From a virus: a DNA stretch of 64,000 nt. The notes beneath the pieces are model-generated. The model was not told the origin of the DNA. It did no database searches and saw only the letters and a program-made list of their open reading frames with translations. Location: IMG/VR virus record IMGVR_UViG_3300028794_000198, positions 1 to 64,000 of that record; one strand, given 5' to 3'. The translations under genes were made by a program, and so were the position numbers. This document shows, one piece after another, positions 52,571-61,074 of this stretch (its first letter is position 1; each line of letters opens with the position of its first letter).

Positions 52571-53868
52571 GACGGGTCCTTCTGGGTGCTCTGCTCAAGG
52601 CGTGCCTGAGTGCGGGCGATAGGGCTGGGCGGCTGGCTGTCGCCGGCCCGTCGGACGGGCGGAGTGCCGCCGTTGTTGCGGCGCCCGTCGGGGGCGTTCG
52701 GGTCACGCTTGGAGCGGGGACCCTTTTGGGATTCGATCAGCGAGAACTCGCCGAAAACGGGCGCTTCAGTGACGGTCCGCATGTGGGCCTGTGCGGCGCG
52801 CGACTGAGCTTCGATTTCGGGACGGATTCCGACCGTCTTGCAGCCGGTAACGAGGAACCAGGACTCGGCCCAGATCTGGTCCGTGACGAACCTGGAACCG
52901 CGCGCGGAACGGATCGCGTCAGCGACCTGCCACACGTCGCCGTGCGTCGCCTCGCGGTCGGCGTCCTTGCGGGTCTGCTCCTCCTCGGCGGCCTTCTCGC
53001 GGGCCACCCTCTCGGCTGCCGCTTTCGTATCGGCAGCCTGCTTCTCGGCGCGCGCCTTCTCGCGGGCGGCGTCCGCCTGGGCCTTGGCGCGCTCGGCAGC
53101 CCGGCGCTCACGGCCGGATGGGATCCCGTCGACCTTCTGCGCGATGCCGTGCTCGTAGGTCATCAGCACGATCGGTCCACCGAGGGAAGCGATCGCGCCG
53201 ATGATGCCGGCGTTGAGGCCGATCGCCGGGTCGGTCATGCCGCCGTACAGGTTGACGGCTGCGGCGATCACGGCGCCAACCATGATGCCGACGCGGTAGG
53301 GGCGAACGTCGCGCCGGTGGGCAACCGCCCATGCGGCGCCGAACGCGAGGACGAGGGCGAAGCCTTCGAGCAGTGCCGGGGCAGCGATGAGGAACTTGCG
53401 GTGCGGGTCCCAGAAGTGCATGAACTGCACCGGCGCTGCGATCACCAAGCCGACGGCATAGATGCCGCGGGCGCCCCACTTCCACCAGCGCTCCGAACGC
53501 TTCTGCTCCTTGGCGATCCGCACCTCCAGAGCTTCCGCCTCAGCCTCGGCCGCGTCTGCCTTCTCCCGATCCGCTTCGGCCTTGGCGGCTTCGGCGGCCT
53601 TCTTGGCGAGGTAGACGTCGTGGTCGGCCTGCTTCCTCTCCTGGGCCAGGCGGGCTCGCTCGTTGGTGAGCCGTTCTTTTTCGGCTTGTTCGGCGGCGAG
53701 GATCTCGGCAGCCTTCGCCTCGCCTTCAGCCTTGATGCGTAGCGCGTCGGCTTCAGCAGCAGCCCGGGTGCGGATCGCCTCCGCCTCGGCCAGCGCGCGC
53801 GGGTCGAACCGCGGCTCGGGCGAGGCCAGCGGCGAGCCGTTGACCTTCTTCTCGACGGAGGTTGTCAC
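52567..53868 (-). CDS. SpdB/DUF2637-like membrane protein with coiled coils
   Basis: Four-TM core (APALLEG...AAAVN...G...) flanked by Ala/Glu/Lys coiled coils; coupled to traB. Confidence 0.75.
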   Translation of the reverse strand: MTTSVEKKVNGSPLASPEPRFDPRALAEAEAIRTRAAAEADALRIKAEGEAKAAEILAAEQAEKERLTNERARLAQERKQADHDVYLAKKAAEAAKAEADREKADAAEAEAEALEVRIAKEQKRSERWWKWGARGIYAVGLVIAAPVQFMHFWDPHRKFLIAAPALLEGFALVLAFGAAWAVAHRRDVRPYRVGIMVGAVIAAAVNLYGGMTDPAIGLNAGIIGAIASLGGPIVLMTYEHGIAQKVDGIPSGRERRAAERAKAQADAAREKARAEKQAADTKAAAERVAREKAAEEEQTRKDADREATHGDVWQVADAIRSARGSRFVTDQIWAESWFLVTGCKTVGIRPEIEAQSRAAQAHMRTVTEAPVFGEFSLIESQKGPRSKRDPNAPDGRRNNGGTPPVRRAGDSQPPSPIARTQARLEQSTQKDPS

Positions 53869-53886
53869 GATCGGGTCCTTTCGGAT

Positions 53887-54090
53887 TCAGCCGCGCGGGG
53901 CGGCGCGGTGGGCGATGAACGTTGCGGTGGCGTTGGCCGCGCTGTAGGCGGTCGCGTAGAACACGGCGACAGCTGCGGCGACCGTGACGACGGTGGGGGC
54001 GCCGAGCGTGCTGACGGCGGTCAAGGTGACGGAGGCGACCAGGGCGGATGCGACGCCGATCGCAACCAGGACGAGACGGTTCAGGCACAT
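53887..54090 (-). CDS. small 2-TM protein (Spd-like)
   Basis: Hydrophobic; GAGGGG RBS. Confidence 0.55.
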   Translation of the reverse strand: MCLNRLVLVAIGVASALVASVTLTAVSTLGAPTVVTVAAAVAVFYATAYSAANATATFIAHRAAPRG

Positions 54091-54091
54091 G

Positions 54092-54289
54092 TCAGCCCCT
54101 CCCCCGCCGGGTCGTCTTGCGCCAGCCGAAGCCGCCGGGGAGGTTCCACGACGTGGTACGACGGCCGGTCGAACTGCGGGTGTAGTGCGGCGTGTTCTTG
54201 CCGCCCAACGTGATCGACCAGCTGTGCAGGCCGATGTTGACGCGGACACCGGGCAGGACCCGGAAGGACTTGCGGAAGGTGATCGGCAT
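54092..54289 (-). CDS. DUF4236-like protein
   Basis: FRKSFRVLPGVRVNIG..S.S...LPGG. Confidence 0.8.
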   Translation of the reverse strand: MPITFRKSFRVLPGVRVNIGLHSWSITLGGKNTPHYTRSSTGRRTTSWNLPGGFGWRKTTRRGRG

Positions 54290-54567
54290 CAGACCGTCTC
54301 CGATCCGAGCGGCACCGGCGTGAAGCCGACCTCGCCGTCCACCTTGTCCGGGAAGTCAGGGCCCGCGACCTGGTGCGATCGCATCCGGTAAGGGCGCTGC
54401 AGCCGCCACACCATCGGCGTGTAGTCGAAGGCCACGGTGTAACCGTCGGCGGTCGGCCAGTCCAGTTCGGAGGCGGCGCGGACTGCGTCGGTCGGGTCGG
54501 CGGCGCGAACCCACTCGGTGTAGACGCCGGACGGGCGGGTCGGCCAGGTCACGCTGTACTTCTTCAT
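54289..54567 (-). CDS. hypothetical protein
   Basis: GAGGAG RBS. Confidence 0.6.
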   Translation of the reverse strand: MKKYSVTWPTRPSGVYTEWVRAADPTDAVRAASELDWPTADGYTVAFDYTPMVWRLQRPYRMRSHQVAGPDFPDKVDGEVGFTPVPLGSETV

Positions 54568-54602
54568 GCGGTGCTCCTCTCAGGGGTGGGGTCGGGGGCC
54601 GC

Positions 54603-54776
54603 TCAGCCGCCGATTTCCTTCAGGTAGGCCTTGGCCTCGCTCTTCGAGACCTCCAGGCAGGTGGCGACGATCGTTGCGTCGGCGTCGGGGTTGACCTCCC
54701 GGATCGCCTCGATGCGGCGGATGTGCTCGTCGTGCCGGACCGGGTTCTGCGGCACGTTGCGGTTGAACAGGCCCAT
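54603..54776 (-). CDS. small HTH-like protein
   Basis: MGLFNRN...ATIVATCLEVSKSEAKAYL; below the ORF-track cutoff. Confidence 0.55.
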   Translation of the reverse strand: MGLFNRNVPQNPVRHDEHIRRIEAIREVNPDADATIVATCLEVSKSEAKAYLKEIGG

Positions 54777-54788
54777 ATCGGGTTCCTC

Positions 54789-55085
54789 TCAGGCGGGCGC
54801 GCCGGTGCGCGCCTTGTGGAATTCGCGGATGAACTCGTCGGTGAGCCCGGCGCCGAGTGCGGCCCCGACCGGGCCGATCCCGGTCACGTCAGCGGCCCAC
54901 AGCTCCAGCCACGCCATACGGGTGGCGGCGTAGTTGATGACCGGGCGCATGCAGCGGATCGCGAACACGACCGCCCCGAGCGCGCACATGACGGTCAGGG
55001 CGAGGGCCCGCAGCGCCCACCGGCCCGCGAACCGGGCAGCGAGATGCAGCCGACCGGGCTTCGCGGTGATCAGGTACGGGCGCAT
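54789..55085 (-). CDS. small membrane protein
   Basis: GAGGAG RBS; one TM. Confidence 0.55.
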   Translation of the reverse strand: MRPYLITAKPGRLHLAARFAGRWALRALALTVMCALGAVVFAIRCMRPVINYAATRMAWLELWAADVTGIGPVGAALGAGLTDEFIREFHKARTGAPA

Positions 55086-55102
55086 GCGGACTCCTCTCGG
55101 GG

Positions 55103-55615
55103 TCAGGCGATGGTGTGGATGGGTGCGCGCCGGGCCACACGAACGGGTCCGGCGGCGGGGTTGAGGTGGGCGGCGAGGCGCTCCAGTTCGCAGGCCTGGG
55201 CTTCGCCGTCGTCCCACTGCGCGTCGTACTGCTCCAGCTCGGCGGCCGGGAGCCGGGACAAGGCTTCTTCGGTGCGGAACTTTTCGACCCGCCGCACGCC
55301 CGGTCGCAGCATCTGCGCGGCGTGCACGAGTTCGTGAATGACGGTCTTGTCGACCTCGGACGCGTCGTAGAGGTGGGCTTGGGCGTTGACGACGGCGAGG
55401 ACCCGGTCGAGGCCGTACAAGGTGCAGCCGTACAGGCCGTCGTCGTCACCGGCGAGGAGGCGGGTGAAGTAGGTGCCGGTGACGAGGAGTTCCACCCCGA
55501 GCAGGCGCACACCCATCTCGCTCTCGACGAGCGCGGCGGCCTGGTCGGCAATGGCGCACACCCGGTCCAGGACTGGGCGTCGGGCCGGGCCGATGGCGTA
55601 GGCGTTGACCTGCAC
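55103..55615 (-). CDS. HEXXH zincin-like protein
   Basis: TVIHELVHAAQ...E.QA..LE. Confidence 0.7.
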   Translation of the reverse strand: MQVNAYAIGPARRPVLDRVCAIADQAAALVESEMGVRLLGVELLVTGTYFTRLLAGDDDGLYGCTLYGLDRVLAVVNAQAHLYDASEVDKTVIHELVHAAQMLRPGVRRVEKFRTEEALSRLPAAELEQYDAQWDDGEAQACELERLAAHLNPAAGPVRVARRAPIHTIA

Positions 55616-55644
55616 GGGGGGCTCCTCTCGGGGTTGGGGGTCGG

Positions 55645-55830
55645 TCAGTTGCCGGGCTTGAGCTCGTCGGCGGTGTAGCCGCGGTAGCCGAGGACGGCCT
55701 CCTTGACGCGCCCGTCGATGCCCTTGACGGCGAGTTCACCGCCGGACTTGGAGCCGTCGTCGACGACCGTGCCGGTCTTGCCCTTCGCGTCGCCGGTGGT
55801 GACGGTGACCTTGTCGCCCTTGCGGAACAT
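55645..55830 (-). CDS. KOW/SH3-like small protein
   Basis: FRKGDKVTVTTGDAKGKTGTV. Confidence 0.7.
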   Translation of the reverse strand: MFRKGDKVTVTTGDAKGKTGTVVDDGSKSGGELAVKGIDGRVKEAVLGYRGYTADELKPGN

Positions 55831-55988
55831 GCGGGACTCCTTCGGTTCGGTGAATGGATGTGCTGGTGCCGGTCGTGCTGGGCGCCGCACCGTGGGGGCG
55901 ATGCGGTCCCCGGCAGGACCAGGGGGTGGAGCCGTGGCGGCGAGGCCGCGGGGGAACGAATCCCACCGCCACGGCGATCAGGGGCCGC

Positions 55989-56135
55989 TCACCAGTACTT
56001 GGCGTCGGCGGGGTCGATCTTCGGCAGCTTCCGGGCCGTCTTGCGCAGGGCGTCCGCTTCACGCTTGGCGCGGGCGACTGCGGCGGGGTCGGGCTTCCGT
56101 GGCGGGGGCGCGTCGTCGCGCTTGCGGCCGAACAT
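55989..56135 (-). CDS. small basic protein
   Basis: MFGRKRDD...DAKYW. Confidence 0.45.
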   Translation of the reverse strand: MFGRKRDDAPPPRKPDPAAVARAKREADALRKTARKLPKIDPADAKYW

Positions 56136-56353
56136 CACAGGTAGCTCCCCGGGTCGGCCGCGACGAGCACCTCGCGCGACAGGTCACCCTGGGCCGGGCC
56201 GACCACACTGTCCGCCTCCAGCAGATCCAGCAGCCGGCAGGCCGTCTGGTAGCCGACTCGGAGACGCCGCTGCAGGCTCGTCACCGACGCGGACTGGAAG
56301 TAGATGACGTGGGTGCGGGCCTCGGCCAGCAGCTCCGGTGTCACGGCGGCCAT
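56135..56353 (-). CDS. stand-alone FtsK gamma (wHTH) domain protein
   Basis: ASVTSLQRRLRVGYQTACRLLDLLEADSVVGP...REVL matches the FtsK-gamma signature. Confidence 0.88.
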   Translation of the reverse strand: MAAVTPELLAEARTHVIYFQSASVTSLQRRLRVGYQTACRLLDLLEADSVVGPAQGDLSREVLVAADPGSYL

Positions 56354-56562
56354 CAGGCAGCTGCCGGGTAGTTGAAGCCGTCGAGCTCGGCAAGCAGGTC
56401 GGCGTCGGCGGCGAGCCGGATCTCCGCCCGACGGGCCTTGCTGGCGGCGGCGTACTCGGTGAACACGTCGGAGATCGACAGGACCGTCGGGACGAGCACC
56501 AGGGCGCGGTCGGCGCCGCCCGTCAACGTGGCGTGATCGGCGGAGAGCAGGAAGGGGGACAT
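56353..56562 (-). CDS. hypothetical protein
   Basis: Coupled ORF. Confidence 0.5.
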   Translation of the reverse strand: MSPFLLSADHATLTGGADRALVLVPTVLSISDVFTEYAAASKARRAEIRLAADADLLAELDGFNYPAAA

Positions 56563-56609
56563 GGCGGGGGACCTTTCAGGTCGCAGAGAACGTGGAAGGG
56601 GGGCGGGGG

Positions 56610-56870
56610 TCAGGCGGTGCGGCGGCTGGGCAGCCACAGGCGGCGCTTGGGCTCGGGCTCGACGGGCGCGACCGCCTTCGGCTGCTGCAAGGCGTCGGCG
56701 ATCCGGGCGAGCTGGATGTTGGTGGCCTGCTGCTCGGAGACCAGCGCGAGCAGGGCGTACAGGACGGCCTGCTGCTCGCCTTCCGTGCTGGTGATGCGGA
56801 GGCCATGACCGTCCCTGCCGTCGAGGCGGCGCCGCACGGTGGTCAGGTGCTGCTCGGTGGTTCCGGACAT
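56610..56870 (-). CDS. hypothetical protein
   Basis: GGGAG RBS. Confidence 0.55.
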   Translation of the reverse strand: MSGTTEQHLTTVRRRLDGRDGHGLRITSTEGEQQAVLYALLALVSEQQATNIQLARIADALQQPKAVAPVEPEPKRRLWLPSRRTA

Positions 56871-57030
56871 GAGGGGACTCCCATTGGTGGGGCGAAGGTG
56901 GATGCCACGGCGGCGGGACGGGGGGATTGTCGAACCGCCGCCGTGGCGGTCTAGGGGTTAGGCCTTCGGCCGGGTCTCGGACTCCCGGTTGGCCTTGGCG
57001 ACCTTCCGGGAGAGTTCGGCGCGCTCTGAG

Positions 57031-57210
57031 TCAGTCACCGGACTCACCGTCCGGCAGGAACTTGCCGCCGTCGCGGTGCGCATAGCTGACGTAGACGCCT
57101 TTTACGAGTGGGGCGCGGACGATGGCCATCAAGTCATCAGGCCAATAGCCGAGGAACACCTCGTCCACGCTGGCCGCCAACTCCTCCTCCGGCGACGGGT
57201 CGGCAGTCAC
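57031..57210 (-). CDS. hypothetical protein
   Basis: GTGA overlap; VTADPSPEEELAA... Confidence 0.45.
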   Translation of the reverse strand: MTADPSPEEELAASVDEVFLGYWPDDLMAIVRAPLVKGVYVSYAHRDGGKFLPDGESGD

Positions 57211-57401
57211 GGCGCCACCACCGTCAACTGCGGGGTGCCAACCTTGTAGGCGACGAAGCCGGTGGCGAGCCGCTGCCCGGTCGCAGCGTCGGCGACCGCG
57301 ATCCGCAGCAGCGGGCCGCCGTCGAGAGGCTCGGCAATCGCGCCGATCACCTCGTCGGCCTTCGCCTGCGCCGCCGTCAGGCGTGCCAGGTCGGCGGTCA
57401 C
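57207..57401 (-). CDS. hypothetical protein
   Basis: VTADLARLTAAQAKADEVI... Confidence 0.55.
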   Translation of the reverse strand: MTADLARLTAAQAKADEVIGAIAEPLDGGPLLRIAVADAATGQRLATGFVAYKVGTPQLTVVAP

Positions 57402-57571
57402 GACTCGGCCTCGACGTCCGGGACGACGACCAGGAAGCGGTCGGTACGGATGTCCTGCACGACGGTCGCCGGGACGCCCTGGTCGCGGAACTGCTTCGCC
57501 TGCTCCTCCGCGGGCCAGGAGCCGCGCGGGTGGGAGGCCGGCGAGGTGGCGAGAACCTTGCGGCCGGTCAC
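57398..57571 (-). CDS. hypothetical protein
   Basis: PRGSWPAEEQA...FLVVV. Confidence 0.55.
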   Translation of the reverse strand: MTGRKVLATSPASHPRGSWPAEEQAKQFRDQGVPATVVQDIRTDRFLVVVPDVEAES

Positions 57572-57768
57572 GACGCACCGTCCTCGGTGAGGATGAACGT
57601 CGCGGACTTGAGGTCACCGAACGCGCTGGCCCGCTCGCGGCCGAGCTGCGTGTGCTCAGCCGCCGTAGTGGCGGACTCGGTTCGATCGGCGATGTCGGTG
57701 ATGCGACCGCGGGCATCGGCCTGAAGCGTGGCCGCGGCGGCGATGTCCTTCTTGCTGAAGCAGCCCAT
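57568..57768 (-). CDS. hypothetical protein
   Basis: MGCFSKKDIAAA... Confidence 0.5.
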   Translation of the reverse strand: MGCFSKKDIAAAATLQADARGRITDIADRTESATTAAEHTQLGRERASAFGDLKSATFILTEDGAS

Positions 57769-58133
57769 CACGCACCTGCCGTCTGCGGGTGCGGGCCGCG
57801 GGGACGCTGCGGGAGGCGCGGCTCGTTCGCTTTGGCGTGGTCGTCGGAGGCGACGAGGTGCAGCAGACCGGCGTCGGCGAGGGTAGCGCGGGAGCCGGCC
57901 ATCAGCTCCTCGGCGAACTCCCACGAACGGACATCCAGCGCGGGCAGACCGTTGCCGGTTGCAGCCTTCGCCGCCAGCTCGGCAGCGTGCAGGGCGGCCG
58001 ACTCGTAGCGGGTCACCGCATCGACAACCGGCTTCGGGAAGGCGAGACGCAACTCCAGGCGGGCCGGAGTGGGGACGGCCGGAGTGGGGAGCGGTGCGGT
58101 GGGGGTGTGCGGGGAAGTGCTGGTGGCGGCCAT
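57768..58133 (-). CDS. hypothetical protein, first gene of the Kor-controlled operon
   Basis: GAAGGA RBS; ...LADAGLLHLV. Confidence 0.6.
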   Translation of the reverse strand: MAATSTSPHTPTAPLPTPAVPTPARLELRLAFPKPVVDAVTRYESAALHAAELAAKAATGNGLPALDVRSWEFAEELMAGSRATLADAGLLHLVASDDHAKANEPRLPQRPRGPHPQTAGA

Positions 58134-58215
58134 GAGCGGTGTTCCTTCCTCTGGTCGTAAGTCGCACAAAACGGTGTGGCCGCCATTTCGTCGGCCTTCC
58201 GGCGATGCGATACTG

Positions 58216-58277
58216 ACGGTAGACCGGTGGTCCACCGGTGTCAACCAGTTGACCGGAGGGAGAACCGTCCCTATGGT
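58216..58277. promoter_or_regulatory. back-to-back promoters with a palindromic operator
   Basis: Leftward TTGACA-17-TACCGT with ACCGGTGG-T-CCACCGGT (58223-58239) in the spacer; rightward TTGACC-17-TATGGT. Confidence 0.8.
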
Positions 58278-58311
58278 CAAGAGACATCCAGCGAAAGGAG
58301 AGGAAGGAGCG

Positions 58312-59031
58312 ATGCTTGGATACGCCGAAATCGCCGCACACTTCAGGAGGCAGATCACCGACGGGGAGCTCAATCCCGGAGATGCGATGCCGTCCTATAC
58401 GGAGGCCTCCGACCAGTTCGGGGTGAACCGAACGACGGTGGTCCGCGCCTACGACATCCTCAAATCCGAAGGACTGGTCGCCAGTCGACCCGGAAAGGGA
58501 ACGACCGTCGCCGCCCGCCCCAGCGTCATCATCAGCGGCGTCGACCGGCTTGACCGACTGAGCCGGACTGGTCGACGTTATGGGCCCGGAGAGGACTCGA
58601 CAGGCCACCGTGTGATGTGGCGATCGGCGTATGACGTCGACGTGTGCCGCGCTCTTGAGATCGAACCGGGCGACGAGGTCGTGATCCGCATCCGCACGTT
58701 CCGACAGGACGGACGGGCGACAAGTGTCGGCATCTCGGTCTACCTGCCGCGAACTGTCGCCGAGGTCCAAGAGCTCGCCGAGAGCGAACGGATGGGGCGC
58801 TTCTTCGGTGAGATCTACACCGAACGCACCGGACGCGAAGTCACCAAGGGGCAGCGCACAGCCCATGCTCGGCAAGCCTCGCAGGACGAGATCGATGCCC
58901 TGCAACTCAACGTGCCCGCCCACATGGCGGTGTCCGTCCTCGTCACGAACGTGACCTTCCACGACGAGGAGGGCCCACTCGCCTACTGGGAAGACGTCTA
59001 CGCGCCGGGGGAGAAAATCCCGACCGCGTAG
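58312..59031 (+). CDS. GntR/HutC-family repressor (KorSA/TraR-like)
   Basis: YAEIAAHFRRQI..GEL.PGD.MPS...FGVNRTTV.RA...L.SEGLV..RPGKGT plus UTRA domain; divergent from the transfer operon. Confidence 0.9.
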   Translation: MLGYAEIAAHFRRQITDGELNPGDAMPSYTEASDQFGVNRTTVVRAYDILKSEGLVASRPGKGTTVAARPSVIISGVDRLDRLSRTGRRYGPGEDSTGHRVMWRSAYDVDVCRALEIEPGDEVVIRIRTFRQDGRATSVGISVYLPRTVAEVQELAESERMGRFFGEIYTERTGREVTKGQRTAHARQASQDEIDALQLNVPAHMAVSVLVTNVTFHDEEGPLAYWEDVYAPGEKIPTA

Positions 59032-59129
59032 AACGCGAAAGGCCGAGCGGTTGCACCCGCCCGGCCGTTTCGACCAGCGAGTTGCTGCTCGCTGATCTTC
59101 AACCGTCACTCGCCAGAGAGAAGGTCTCG

Positions 59130-59606
59130 ATGACCACTGTACTGCCCGCCCAGGCCTCTGCCCCCGCGACGTCTGTCACTCCCCCGCCCCGGACGTGGTC
59201 GTTCGTCGACCGCCGCACCGGTGAGGCCGTCGAGTATCGATGCATGGACAACTGCACCCTGGATCATGGCCGCGAGGTGGGGCGCGCCATCTTCCGTGAG
59301 GACGTGTGGTGCTGGACGTGGGCCGAGTCCATGACTCTGCCAGTCAACGAGAACGGAACGCCGGAGGAGATGGCCGTCCTCTCCACCGTCATCAAGGTCG
59401 AGCCGTTCTCCCGAACGATCTCCCAGCGCCTGCCGTATGCGGTCGTCGAGCTGGTCGAGGACCAGTTCATCGAGAACCTCGACCCCGACGGCTACGAGAC
59501 GCTCATCCGCACACTGTCCGACCGCCTCGACCAGATGCGCGCCACGCACCGCCGGCTCGTTGGGATCCGCGCCGCATACATGGCCCGGCAGGTGCGCGCC
59601 GCCTAG
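59130..59606 (+). CDS. DUF6907-like protein
   Basis: C...C..DH...C; LDPDG...L. Confidence 0.65.
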   Translation: MTTVLPAQASAPATSVTPPPRTWSFVDRRTGEAVEYRCMDNCTLDHGREVGRAIFREDVWCWTWAESMTLPVNENGTPEEMAVLSTVIKVEPFSRTISQRLPYAVVELVEDQFIENLDPDGYETLIRTLSDRLDQMRATHRRLVGIRAAYMARQVRAA

Positions 59607-59698
59607 CGCCTTCAGTCCTCCCGCAACCAACCCGCAGGCGGCCCGGCGAGTTCCCATCGTCGGGCCCCGCGTCATCCGCAAACCTGGAGCATAGGTAC

Positions 59699-60400
59699 AT
59701 GCTGATTCACCGCAGGCCAGACCCCGCCGAAGCTGAGGCCGCCCAACGAGCTCTTCTGTTGGATGGGCGTCTGAGCCTTCTGACCGTCGGCGTTCTGATG
59801 AAGATTCTCAATCGCGCCCCCGAGTGGCAGATCAACGCCAAAACATTCCATGCAATGTGCGAGGAGGGGCGTGGCATCGGCGCCGAATCAGCACGCAGCA
59901 TTCGGATGGCGTTCCGCGAGCTCGAAACGATCGGCTACATGCGCCGCACCAAGGGCAAGAAGTCCAACGGCGACTTCTACACGTGGCTTGAGGTGTCCGA
60001 TGTTCCGCACCAGTTCGCACCCTTCAGCCTGGCGGAACAACCGTCGGAGCCGGTCGCAGGCTACGAGCACGGAACGATGCCGACCGAAGGCTTCGTCTAC
60101 ATAATCAGCCCGGCAGAAAGTCGCGTCGTGAAAATCGGCACGACTGTGGATGTGTCGACTCGACTGCGGAGCATGCAGACGTCCAACCCTCAACTGCTCG
60201 TCGCCCGATGGTCGTGCCTAGGGAACGTCGAGCTGGAAAGCTTCCTTCATCGCCGATTCGACCCCATCCGCGTCAAGGGTGAGTGGTTCGATTTCGGCGA
60301 CGGGGATCCCATCGCCGAAGTTTCCGCAGCGGCGGAGTACTTCTACGAGTTGCCGTTTGGCTCCCTGAGTGAACCGGCAGTCGCGACCGAGCCGATCTGA
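59699..60400 (+). CDS. N-terminal wHTH + GIY-YIG (T5orf172-like) domain
   Basis: FRELETIGY; FVYII....VKIGTT....RL..MQTSNP...LE..LH..F...R..GEWF. Confidence 0.8.
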   Translation: MLIHRRPDPAEAEAAQRALLLDGRLSLLTVGVLMKILNRAPEWQINAKTFHAMCEEGRGIGAESARSIRMAFRELETIGYMRRTKGKKSNGDFYTWLEVSDVPHQFAPFSLAEQPSEPVAGYEHGTMPTEGFVYIISPAESRVVKIGTTVDVSTRLRSMQTSNPQLLVARWSCLGNVELESFLHRRFDPIRVKGEWFDFGDGDPIAEVSAAAEYFYELPFGSLSEPAVATEPI

Positions 60401-60460
60401 CGCTCAACACTTCGGCTCCCGCCTCCATCGTTAATACGCGGGGCCGCAGGCCCGGCCTTA

Positions 60461-60772
60461 GTGCGTGCGTGCGCGAGGCGGAAGCGGCAGGCGGGCAAGC
60501 CTGTCGATCATCGACGACGACCACATTTCAACGAGAGGTTCACTGTGGGACTGACGAAGGAGCAGATCGGCAGGCTCGAAGCCGACACCAGGATCGACGG
60601 GTCGGACCGCCGGCTGCTGATGTCGCTGTGCGACTACGACCCGGGGGACGGCTCGGACGACAGTGGATGGGGCGGACTCCGGGTGATGTTCCGAAAGCTG
60701 GAGGCCGCCGGATACCTGACGATCGACGGACTCCACGTTCACGTCCGAGTACTTGAAACGGAGGCGCGATGA
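60461..60772 (+). CDS. small wHTH-like protein
   Basis: FRKLEAAGYL; start uncertain. Confidence 0.45.
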   Translation: MRACARRKRQAGKPVDHRRRPHFNERFTVGLTKEQIGRLEADTRIDGSDRRLLMSLCDYDPGDGSDDSGWGGLRVMFRKLEAAGYLTIDGLHVHVRVLETEAR

Positions 60773-61074
60773 GCAACATCCCGTACACCCACTGGTCGTA
60801 CTTCCCAGACGAGGCCACCGCGCGCCGCTGCGCCCAGGATCTCGCCGACTACATAACCCGCGTCCGTGAGCCGCTGCCGGACAGCACCGACTGGCTGCTG
60901 CTGGCGGGCCGGGACGTCAGCATCGACCACCTCGTAGCGCGCCACCGGGAGGTCGCCGCGATCGTCGAGCGGCACGGCGGCCGGTACGACGGCGGGGAGG
61001 CGGCCTACCTCGGAACGGGCCGGCCGGTCGCGGACCCGATGCTGATCGAGGACGACGACGGGGCCACTACGTGA
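60769..61074 (+). CDS. RraB-like (regulator of ribonuclease activity B) domain protein
   Basis: H.SYFPDEA.A..C...W.L...HGGRYDG. Confidence 0.6.
   Translation: MSNIPYTHWSYFPDEATARRCAQDLADYITRVREPLPDSTDWLLLAGRDVSIDHLVARHREVAAIVERHGGRYDGGEAAYLGTGRPVADPMLIEDDDGATT

Noticed and set aside
57568-59109. 513-aa minus-strand ORF
   Set aside because: Mostly antisense to the GntR gene and runs through the promoter region. Only its last 66 codons (57568-57768) look like a real gene.
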